A stretch of DNA of 32,000 bases from a bacterium 336/3 (GTDB lineage: Bacteria; Bacteroidota; Bacteroidia; Cytophagales; Thermonemataceae). Under the pieces are notes generated by a model, which saw only the letters and a list, made by a program, of their open reading frames with translations, made no database searches and was not told the DNA's origin. Within the stretch, counting starts at the first letter, position 1; each line of letters begins with the position of its first letter. The stretch is taken from positions 1,098,586-1,130,585 of the forward strand of contig LJIE01000001.1 in NCBI GenBank assembly GCA_001281695.1, written 5' to 3'. The translations under genes were made by a program, and so were the position numbers. Positions 9,450 through 16,699 of the stretch are shown here, in pieces.

Positions 9450-12400
9450 ATGAAACAAAAAAATTACACAAGTCTTATACTACTCCTTTGCTTATGGGTA
9501 TTAGGTGTAGGCAATGTGAAAGGACAAATACTTACAGAACAGTTTAATTATGGAGCAGTATCTGATAGTCTCAGCTTTATTTCTGGAACAGTATGGAATG
9601 GACATAGTTTAGGAGGAGCTTCTTTAACCAATCCAATTCAATATGTAGCTGGTTCAAATTTGAGTTTGGGTTCTTACCCTACCTTGGGAGGCAAAGTGAC
9701 TTTTACTACATCAGGGCAAGATATTAATAGTACATTGTCTTCTGCGGTTACATCTGGGACACTGTATTATTCTTTTTTGGTAAATATTACAAGTGCACAG
9801 ACAGCAGGAGATTATTTTATTCATACAGGACCAAGTCCAATAGGTAGTGGTTTTAATAATAGAGTTTTTGCTCGTTTAAGTGGTGGAAATTTACAATTTG
9901 GTATTCAAAAAACTAGTACAGGTCCTGCAACTTATGGAACAAATAACTATTCTACAGGTACAACTTATTTAATAGTTGTTAAATATCAGTTTAATACAGG
10001 AAGCACTACAGACGATGTATCTAGTCTATATGTATTTACTACTACAGCTCCTTTGACAGAACCTGGTGCAACAGAAGCAACAAATAGTGCAGGAACTGAC
10101 CCTACATCACTCCAAACCATAGCCATCAGACAGGGAACAGCTGCAAATGCTCCTGCTGGAGAAATAGATTATATACGTGTGGGTACAACTTGGGCAGATG
10201 TTACATCTGTACCTTCTGCTACACCTACTATCACTTTAGGTTCTACAAGTTTAACAGGTTTTACTACTACTGTGGGAACACCTTCAACAGCACAACAATA
10301 CGGAGTATCTGGTTCAAACCTTACAGGTTTTCCTAGTGATATAGTAGTGACAGCTCCCACAGGTTATGAAGTATCATTGACATCAGGCTCTGGATTTTCA
10401 GGTTCTGTGAATGTGGCTTATACAAGTGCAACACTTTCTAACACAACAATCTTTGTAAGAATAGCAGCGAGTGCAAGTGTTGGTTCACCCAGTGGAAATA
10501 TTACCAATGCAGGTGGTGGAGCAACTACCCAAAATGTAGCTGTAAGTGGTACTGTAAATGCTCCTCCAGCTACACTCACAGTGAACCCTACAAGTTTGAG
10601 TGGTTTTACAACAGTAACAGGCACAGCATCAACTGAACAATCTTATACTTTGAGTGGCACAGATTTAACAGGTTTCCCAGCTAATATTACAGTAACAGCA
10701 CCCACAGGTTATGAAGTATCATTGACATCAGGTTCTGGTTTTGCGGGTTCTGTGAATGTGGCTTATGCAAGTGCAACACTCTCTAACACAACAATTTTTG
10801 TAAGAATAGCAGCGAGTGCATCAGTAGGCTCTCCTAGTGGAAATATCACCAATGCAGGTGGTGGAGCAACCACTCAAAATGTTGCTGTAAGTGGAAATGT
10901 AAACCCATTAACTCCTACATTGAATGTAAATCCAACATCTCTTTCAGGCTTTACAACAATTACAGGCACAGCATCAGCAGAGCAATCTTATACCTTAAGT
11001 GGAACAAACTTAACAGGCTTCCCTGATAACATACTAGTTACAGCCCCTACGGGTTATGAAGTATCATTGACATCAGGCTCTGGATTTGGAGGTTCTGTGA
11101 ATGTGGCTTACACCAGTGCAACACTTTCTAATACAACTATTTTTGTAAGAATAGCAGCGAGTGCAAGTGTTGGCTCACCTAGTGGAAATGTTACCAATGC
11201 AGGTGGTGGAGCAACTACCCAAAATGTAGCTGTAAGTGGTACTGTAAATCCTGTTCCTACACCAACATTAACAGTAAATCCAACAAGTTTAAGTGGCTTT
11301 ACCACAACAGCAGGTACAGCATCAGCTAATCAATCATATACATTGAGTGGAGTTAATTTAACAGGTTTTCCTAGTAATATAGTAGTGACAGCACCCACAG
11401 GTTATGAAGTATCATTGACATCAGGTTCTGGATTTGGAGGTTCTGTGAATGTGGCTTACACCAGTGCAACACTTTCTAACACAACAATCTTTGTAAGAAT
11501 AGCAGCTAGTGCAAGTGTTGGTTCACCAAGTGGAAATGTTACCAATGCAGGTGGTGGAGCAACTACCCAAAATGTAGCAGTAAGTGGTACTGTAAATGCA
11601 GCACCTACAGTAGTACCTATTGCAAATATTCGTAATGCGATAGATGGAAGTGGAGCACAAGTCGCTCCTTATGCTGCTGGTACAGCAGTCATGATACAAG
11701 GACAAATTTATGGTGTAAATAGAAATATTGATGCAACTGTAGCCAATGGTACAAAGCAAAAATTTGAATTCACAGTGATAGATAATAGTACAGGTAGAAA
11801 TGGTATTGTGATACGTTCAACAGGAACAGTGGATATTGCCCCTGTTGATATGTTGGAAGGAGATAACATCACAGTATCAGGAACAGTGAGTCAATTTAAT
11901 GGTTTAACTCAAATTACAGCTACTTCTGTAACAAGAAATAGCACAGGTAACACTCGTAAAACACCTGTGAGTGCTACTGTAATTGCAGAAAATGAAGAAT
12001 CTCAATTGATTAGACTTACAGGGGTTACAGTAACGGCTTGGCCTACACTTCCTCATACAGGTTCGGGTGTGAATGCAACTATTACTGTGGGTGCAAATAC
12101 TTATACGCTTCGTATTACATCTGCAAGTGAACTATTTAATAAATCAGTAACAGACGTTTTTGGTACTGGAGCAACTCTGCCTGTAAATAATGTAACTATG
12201 GTTGGTTTAGGAGGTCAGTTTGATAATGCTTCTCCTTTTGATTCTGGTTATCAGTTATTTGTAACGAAACTTTCTGATGTAACCATTCCACCTCCAATTA
12301 TTCCTGCAATTAGTACAAATGCACCCAGCACAGGTTTAGATTTCGGAAATGTTGCTAAAAATACTGTTTCAACATCTCAAACTTATAAACTGATAGGTAA

Positions 12401-12920
12401 AGATTTGCCTACTACAGGTTCTAATTTGAATGTAGTTGTAAATGTTCCTAATAATTTTCAAGTATCTAAAAATAATACAGATTTCTTCTCTACAATTTCT
12501 TTTACAAATGCAGAAGTAAATAATGCAGGAACCACAGGTTTGGATGTATATGTTCGTTTTGCACCAGTATCTGACATTGATGGAGCCAAAGGTGGAGATG
12601 TAACACACTCTGTACCTTCAATTGTTCCTACTCTTAATGCGAATGTTGCTGTAAAAGGTGTACAAACAGCACCATTGAGTATTGCAGATGAACTTGCAAG
12701 TCAAGTAAACATTTATCCTAATCCTACAAATGGAATGACTATTAAAATAGATGCTCCTCAAGATTTTGTAGTTGAAATGTTAGATATAACAGGTAGAAAA
12801 GTGGCTAATTTTAATAGTTCTGAGCCTAAATTATCAGATAATTTACCTAATGGATTGTATTTCTTGCAATTTAGCAATGGAACTACTAAGTTTGTAAAAC
12901 GTTTGGTTATACAAAAATAA
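9450..12920 (+). CDS. Large secreted T9SS-cargo protein with no recognisable catalytic domain
   Basis: Signal peptide MKQKNYTSLILLLCLWVLGVGNVKGQ. An N-terminal beta-sandwich-like region is followed by four tandem ~115-aa Ig-like repeats (see the repeat feature). A bipartite OB-like module at about 11611-12285 (VIDNSTGRNGIVIRS...EGDNITVSGTVSQFNGLTQI...LIRLTGVTV...GGQFDNASPFDSGYQLFVTKLSDV) parallels the N-terminal module of the next gene. A fifth, diverged Ig-like module follows. The CTD reads IYPNPTNGMTIKI...GLYFLQFSNGTTKFVKRLVIQK. I found no nuclease, peptidase or glycosidase motif. Confidence 0.8.
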   Translation: MKQKNYTSLILLLCLWVLGVGNVKGQILTEQFNYGAVSDSLSFISGTVWNGHSLGGASLTNPIQYVAGSNLSLGSYPTLGGKVTFTTSGQDINSTLSSAVTSGTLYYSFLVNITSAQTAGDYFIHTGPSPIGSGFNNRVFARLSGGNLQFGIQKTSTGPATYGTNNYSTGTTYLIVVKYQFNTGSTTDDVSSLYVFTTTAPLTEPGATEATNSAGTDPTSLQTIAIRQGTAANAPAGEIDYIRVGTTWADVTSVPSATPTITLGSTSLTGFTTTVGTPSTAQQYGVSGSNLTGFPSDIVVTAPTGYEVSLTSGSGFSGSVNVAYTSATLSNTTIFVRIAASASVGSPSGNITNAGGGATTQNVAVSGTVNAPPATLTVNPTSLSGFTTVTGTASTEQSYTLSGTDLTGFPANITVTAPTGYEVSLTSGSGFAGSVNVAYASATLSNTTIFVRIAASASVGSPSGNITNAGGGATTQNVAVSGNVNPLTPTLNVNPTSLSGFTTITGTASAEQSYTLSGTNLTGFPDNILVTAPTGYEVSLTSGSGFGGSVNVAYTSATLSNTTIFVRIAASASVGSPSGNVTNAGGGATTQNVAVSGTVNPVPTPTLTVNPTSLSGFTTTAGTASANQSYTLSGVNLTGFPSNIVVTAPTGYEVSLTSGSGFGGSVNVAYTSATLSNTTIFVRIAASASVGSPSGNVTNAGGGATTQNVAVSGTVNAAPTVVPIANIRNAIDGSGAQVAPYAAGTAVMIQGQIYGVNRNIDATVANGTKQKFEFTVIDNSTGRNGIVIRSTGTVDIAPVDMLEGDNITVSGTVSQFNGLTQITATSVTRNSTGNTRKTPVSATVIAENEESQLIRLTGVTVTAWPTLPHTGSGVNATITVGANTYTLRITSASELFNKSVTDVFGTGATLPVNNVTMVGLGGQFDNASPFDSGYQLFVTKLSDVTIPPPIIPAISTNAPSTGLDFGNVAKNTVSTSQTYKLIGKDLPTTGSNLNVVVNVPNNFQVSKNNTDFFSTISFTNAEVNNAGTTGLDVYVRFAPVSDIDGAKGGDVTHSVPSIVPTLNANVAVKGVQTAPLSIADELASQVNIYPNPTNGMTIKIDAPQDFVVEMLDITGRKVANFNSSEPKLSDNLPNGLYFLQFSNGTTKFVKRLVIQK
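10227..11610 (+). repeat. Four in-frame tandem coding repeats, period 345/345/348 bp
   Basis: The identical 26-mer GGTTATGAAGTATCATTGACATCAGG recurs at 10362, 10707, 11052 and 11400. The translated units are about 115 aa each and highly similar. Confidence 0.92.
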
Positions 12921-12927
12921 AAAATAC

Positions 12928-12962
12928 ATAAGTCTTGGGAATATTCATTTCCCAAGACTTAT
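12928..12962 (+). terminator. Hairpin (possible terminator or attenuator) between the repeat-protein and PLD-nuclease genes
   Basis: ATAAGTCTTGGGA (12928-12940) pairs perfectly with TCCCAAGACTTAT (12950-12962). The trailing T tract (TTCAT) is weak, so read-through is plausible. Confidence 0.5.
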
Positions 12963-12985
12963 TTCATAAAGCAAACAAATCTAAT

Positions 12986-15382
12986 ATGAAAAAAATATAC
13001 TTTTTTGTATTCTTTCTTGTGATAGGAAAGGCTTTCGCTCAAGTAGAGCCAATAGGAACAGCAAGAGTGAAATCGAATGGTAGTGTGGTTACAGTAACTG
13101 GAATAGTTACTAATGATGCTGCTCATGATAACCGTAATAGGAACCGTTGTTTCCAAGATGCTACGGGTGGTTTAAATATTTTTGCTCAAAACTCTGCCAC
13201 TGCACCAACATTACAATCTCTTAAACCTGGTGATAGTGTTGTTGTAACAGGGACACTTGCAGAATTTAATAATTTGAAGCAACTAGTAGAGCCACTTACA
13301 ATAACAAGAGTTGCAGAAAATAAAACAGTGCCTAAAGCAAGAGTTGTAACTATTGCTGAATTACAGAATCCCGCAGTAGCAGAACTTCTTGAAAGTATGT
13401 TGGTTAGAGTAGAAGATGTTGTATTTGATACTGGAGATGCTATTTTTGGAAGTGGTACAGCAGGAAGAAGCTATGATTTTGACGACCCTAAAAGTCCTGT
13501 AAGTGGTAACTGTTTTCCAGTATCAGCAGATTGTAACAATGGTCCAATATACAGAATAAACCCAGGAAATCCTTTGGTTGGAACTGATATTCCTAAAGGA
13601 ACAGTTAGTTTATCAGGTTATTTAGGGCAATTTGCTGCTGCATACCAAATTACAGCAAGAGGAAGACAAGATTTAGAGTTAGGTTTAGTGATAGAAAATG
13701 TATTGCAAGAATCTATTAAACTAAATTCATTCAAATTAACCTTTACAACCAATCAAAAAGCGAAAACTCGTGTACGTTGGGGAAGTATTTTCCTAGTAGA
13801 TGTTAGTACAACCGACCCTACAAACTATGTAGCAAATTATGATACGACTTTTGTGGGTGAAACCAATATCACAGACCTAAATACAAATCATGAAATTAAT
13901 ATTACAGGTTTGAATGAAGCATCATTGTATTTTGTAGAGATTTTTTGTCAGAATGCTGAGGGGAATAAAAACACAATAGTTGGTGATGTATATGCAACGG
14001 CATCTCAATCAACAGGAGATATTAAAGTGTTTTTTAATAGAACTGTAGATGGATCTTTTTCTCGTAATGGTGCTGTACCATTTGTTACTACTGATATGGC
14101 TCAAGTAATAGCTGACTATATCAATAAAGCTCAAGTTTCTGTAGATGTTTCAATATACAATGCTAATACTGCTGGAGCTACTAAAATTGCAACAGCATTG
14201 AACAATGCTCAAACGAGAGGCGTACAAGTAAGATATATCTTTGGTGGCGAATCTGCGAATACAGCTAACACTTTGATACCTAATATTTTGAAAATGCGTG
14301 ATAGAAATACTGGTGGAGATGCTGCATTACAAAGAACAGGAACAGGTAATCATAATAAATTTGTTGTAATAGACCCTAATAGTACTCTTAACTCTTATGT
14401 GATAACAGGTTCTGGAAACTATACAGATAATAACTTATTTACAGACCCTAATAACTTTTTAGTCATTCAAGATCAAACATTGGCTCGTGCTTATAGAACA
14501 GAATTTGATGAAATGTGGGGAGAAGGACCTGTGAGTTTGGCAAACCCTGATCGTCAGAAAAAATCTCGTTTAGGAGCTCAAAAAATTAAAAATACACCTT
14601 CTAAATTTGTAATTGGTGATAGAGTAGTAGAACTGGCATTTTCACCTAGTGATAAAACTACCAATACTATCCGTAAAGCAATCTATAGTGCTGATAATGA
14701 TGTTCGTTTTGGATTACTTCTTATAACATCAGACGACTTACGTACACCTTTGGATTCTATGCAAAATGTAGGATGGGACGTAAAAGGTCTCATTGATGAT
14801 GAAAATGCTGTGGCTGAGACATCTCCATTGGTTCAAGGAAGTGATTTTGTTTGGTTAAGAGATAAAGGTGTCAATGTAAATGCTTATGTAAGTTCTACAA
14901 GTCAGTTACACCACAAATATGTGGTAATAGATGCAGTCCGTACTAATTCTGATCCTCAAGTAGTTACGGGTTCTCATAACTGGTCTTCAGGAGCTGAAAC
15001 ATCAAATGATGAGAATACTCTTATCATTCATGATGCTAAAATTGCCAATATGTATCGCCAAGAGTTTGGGCAACGTTGGTTTGAAGCAACAGGAATTAGA
15101 GATGCTTATGTATTGGCTTTAGACGAACCCACAAACGAAAAAGGTGCTGTTATCTATCCAAACCCATCACAAGGTGTATTCAAAATCCAATTTGATAGAG
15201 TTGTAAATTCAGAAATTCATGTGAAAGTTGTTGATTTACAAGGTAAGACCATAGAAAATCAAATAATAAATATGGATAGCTCACAATTTGAAATGGAAAC
15301 TAATCTACCAAAAGGTATGTATGTTTTACAAATTCGTGTAGGCGAAAAGACATTTACTCGTAAAATGGTGGTTACCAAATAA
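12986..15382 (+). CDS. Secreted PLD-superfamily (two-HKD, Nuc-like) nuclease with N-terminal OB-like module, FN3-like domain and T9SS type-A CTD (798 aa)
   Basis: Signal peptide MKKIYFFVFFLVIGKAFAQ. The OB-like module reads VVTVTGIVTNDA...CFQDATGGLNIFAQ...PGDSVVVTGTLAEFNNLKQL...LVRVEDVVF...GYLGQFAAAYQITARGRQDLE. HKD motif 1 is GNHNKFVVID...TGSGNYT (His codon at 14351). HKD motif 2 is LHHKYVVID...TGSHNWSSGAETSNDENTLIIHD (His codon at 14909). The CTD reads IYPNPSQGVFKIQF...GMYVLQIRVGEKTFTRKMVVTK. The track's TTG start at 12935 lies inside the upstream hairpin, so I prefer the ATG at 12986. Confidence 0.85.
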   Translation: MKKIYFFVFFLVIGKAFAQVEPIGTARVKSNGSVVTVTGIVTNDAAHDNRNRNRCFQDATGGLNIFAQNSATAPTLQSLKPGDSVVVTGTLAEFNNLKQLVEPLTITRVAENKTVPKARVVTIAELQNPAVAELLESMLVRVEDVVFDTGDAIFGSGTAGRSYDFDDPKSPVSGNCFPVSADCNNGPIYRINPGNPLVGTDIPKGTVSLSGYLGQFAAAYQITARGRQDLELGLVIENVLQESIKLNSFKLTFTTNQKAKTRVRWGSIFLVDVSTTDPTNYVANYDTTFVGETNITDLNTNHEINITGLNEASLYFVEIFCQNAEGNKNTIVGDVYATASQSTGDIKVFFNRTVDGSFSRNGAVPFVTTDMAQVIADYINKAQVSVDVSIYNANTAGATKIATALNNAQTRGVQVRYIFGGESANTANTLIPNILKMRDRNTGGDAALQRTGTGNHNKFVVIDPNSTLNSYVITGSGNYTDNNLFTDPNNFLVIQDQTLARAYRTEFDEMWGEGPVSLANPDRQKKSRLGAQKIKNTPSKFVIGDRVVELAFSPSDKTTNTIRKAIYSADNDVRFGLLLITSDDLRTPLDSMQNVGWDVKGLIDDENAVAETSPLVQGSDFVWLRDKGVNVNAYVSSTSQLHHKYVVIDAVRTNSDPQVVTGSHNWSSGAETSNDENTLIIHDAKIANMYRQEFGQRWFEATGIRDAYVLALDEPTNEKGAVIYPNPSQGVFKIQFDRVVNSEIHVKVVDLQGKTIENQIINMDSSQFEMETNLPKGMYVLQIRVGEKTFTRKMVVTK

Positions 15383-15403
15383 TCCTAAAAAGTATTTAAA
15401 GAT

Positions 15404-15829
15404 ATGAAAAGAAATCTTATATATTTGTTTTTTGTAGCTCTGATAGCTATTTCTTGTAAAGAGGCAAAAGTTGTAGAGCCATTGACATTGTCACAGACTA
15501 TCCAAAAAATGTGGAAAATTAAAAGCGTACAAGTTACAGAAAATGGCTTGCCTGCTGATAATTTAACTGTATACAATGGGTTTACGATAGAGTTTGTAGG
15601 AGAAAAATACTATGTAAGCAATGGTAATGATGCTTTCCCAAATAGCCAAGGGCTTTGGGGCTTTAACGACCCCAATTTAAATACTATCGAATTTGATGGA
15701 GGAGTTATAGCAACTGTAAGTAAGTTTAATGCAAGTGAGCTAAATTTTACCTTCACACGTAAAGGTAGTACTGTAAATGGTAGAATTCCTGATAGAACTT
15801 TTACCTTTGAATTAGTGGCTTTTAAATAA
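15404..15829 (+). CDS. Small lipoprotein, lipocalin-like (141 aa)
   Basis: Signal peptide with Cys (MKRNLIYLFFVALIAISC|KE). The beta-rich small protein carries a WKIKSVQVTENG...ELNFTF pattern typical of lipocalin-like Bacteroidota lipoproteins. It starts 21 nt after the PLD gene stop, so it is probably co-transcribed. Confidence 0.65.
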   Translation: MKRNLIYLFFVALIAISCKEAKVVEPLTLSQTIQKMWKIKSVQVTENGLPADNLTVYNGFTIEFVGEKYYVSNGNDAFPNSQGLWGFNDPNLNTIEFDGGVIATVSKFNASELNFTFTRKGSTVNGRIPDRTFTFELVAFK

Positions 15830-15959
15830 AAGGAAATATAGGTTTTTGCCTAAAAAACAAAATTTTTTTCTGAAAAAATTATGATTGTTTTTAGAAAATA
15901 TTTTATATTGCATTAAATTATTGAGACTTCTCTATTTAAAATTTAAAAAAAGTAACGTT

Positions 15960-16397
15960 ATGAAAAATACGAAAATTTTACTATTCCTAATGCTTCTTGG
16001 TGTTGTTTTTTCTGCTGGTAAATGTAAGAAAAAAGATAAGGATGAAAATCCTGTTGGTGTAAAAGGTAATTGGAAAATTACTGCTATTACTAATAGTGCT
16101 AATCAGACTCCAGCTAATTTAACTTCTTTATTAGAGGGTACATTTACTGGTGGTGATACAAGCTATGAGTTTAAAAATAATTCTGGTACTAGTGTAGAAA
16201 GTGGTTCTTATACTTATGATGCTACTGCTAACACTTTAAGCTTTACACCTAGTGGAACATCAGTATTTACAGGTGGTGCAACTGCTTATACAGCTAAAAG
16301 CACACTTACATCTACAACACTTCAGTTGGTTGTAAACATTGCTGCTCCTAGCAAACCAGAAAACAACCTTACTATCAGTCTTACAAAACAACAATAA
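15960..16397 (+). CDS. Small secreted protein or lipoprotein, lipocalin-like (145 aa)
   Basis: The internal ATG at 15960 gives the signal peptide MKNTKILLFLMLLGVVFSAGKC followed by KKKDKDENP. GNWKITAITN...LSFTPSG is lipocalin-like. It is T/S/G-rich. The lipobox is non-canonical (K at -1). Confidence 0.6.
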   Translation: MKNTKILLFLMLLGVVFSAGKCKKKDKDENPVGVKGNWKITAITNSANQTPANLTSLLEGTFTGGDTSYEFKNNSGTSVESGSYTYDATANTLSFTPSGTSVFTGGATAYTAKSTLTSTTLQLVVNIAAPSKPENNLTISLTKQQ

Positions 16398-16419
16398 GAT
16401 ATTGATAACCAAGCAAAAA

Positions 16420-16449
16420 GGCGAAATTTTTAAAAATTTCGCCTTTTTT
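16420..16449 (+). terminator. Rho-independent terminator closing the nuclease/lipoprotein gene run
   Basis: Perfect 24-nt palindrome GGCGAAATTTTTAAAAATTTCGCC (16420-16443) followed by TTTTTT (16444-16449). Confidence 0.7.
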
Positions 16450-16612
16450 ATTTTCTCATTTTTTCAAGAAAAAATTAGATTCTTGAAAATGAGTTCCATA
16501 AAAAAAAACCTAATAAAAAACCTTACATTAGGAAACCTTTTTTCAAAAAAAAACATTATTTTTGATAACTACATTCCCTAAAATTACGTAATCATCACTG
16601 ACACTATTACAT

Positions 16613-16620
16613 TAAATTTG
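16613..16620 (+). promoter_or_regulatory. Candidate -7 box (TAAATTTG) for nrdA
   Basis: Exact TAnnTTTG match 80 nt upstream of the GTG start at 16700. It is the only exact match I saw in the 302-bp intergenic region. Confidence 0.35.
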
Positions 16621-16699
16621 TTATATCCATTATTCCTAATGTATATGATAAATCTGTTAATTTATTGTTTTTTGGTTTCACTATAAAATATAAAAATTC

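Noticed and set aside
10169-11305. Minus-strand ORFs of 63-68 aa (10169-10360, 10418-10624, 11108-11305), two of which resemble each other (…VKPLKLVGFTV…)
   Set aside because: They lie antisense inside the tandem coding repeats. Their mutual similarity simply mirrors the plus-strand repeat. They have no independent start context or promoter and are fully nested in a strongly supported gene.
10227-11610. Regular 345-bp periodic repeats considered as a CRISPR-like or satellite array
   Set aside because: The period is far too long. There is no repeat/spacer alternation. The array is in frame and translates into a coherent Ig-like domain series within a single ORF.
12935-12985. N-terminal ORF-track extensions (12935-12985, 6453-6578, 6630-6653, 15885-15959, 28753-28788)
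   Set aside because: The extensions use TTG or distant ATG codons and overlap a terminator hairpin or a -7 box. In the case of 28753-28788 the extension overlaps the upstream gene by 44 nt. They also precede internal Met codons that open canonical signal peptides or give a tight 8-nt coupling overlap.
12986-15382. PLD/HKD nuclease considered as an intracellular anti-phage defence effector
   Set aside because: The protein has a cleavable-type signal peptide and a T9SS sorting domain, and it sits among other secreted proteins. No methylase, helicase, ATPase or other defence-type partner is adjacent.
16339-16581. 80-aa plus-strand ORF spanning the end of the second lipoprotein gene and the intergenic region
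   Set aside because: It overlaps a better-supported gene and runs straight through the terminator palindrome and the poly-A/poly-T tracts, giving a low-complexity K/F/I-rich product. It is most likely a spurious AT-rich ORF.
16583-16592. 10-bp perfect palindrome ATTACGTAAT upstream of nrdA
   Set aside because: Palindromes of this length made of A/T-rich sequence are expected many times by chance in 32 kb of AT-rich DNA. It is a single copy with no partner site.
16398-16699. Possible riboswitch (e.g. cobalamin) or NrdR-box regulation upstream of nrdA
   Set aside because: I could not find the GC-rich conserved cores expected for a B12 element (no GCCACTG-type box), nor paired NrdR-like boxes. 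The region is almost entirely A/T. Only a covariance-model scan could settle this.
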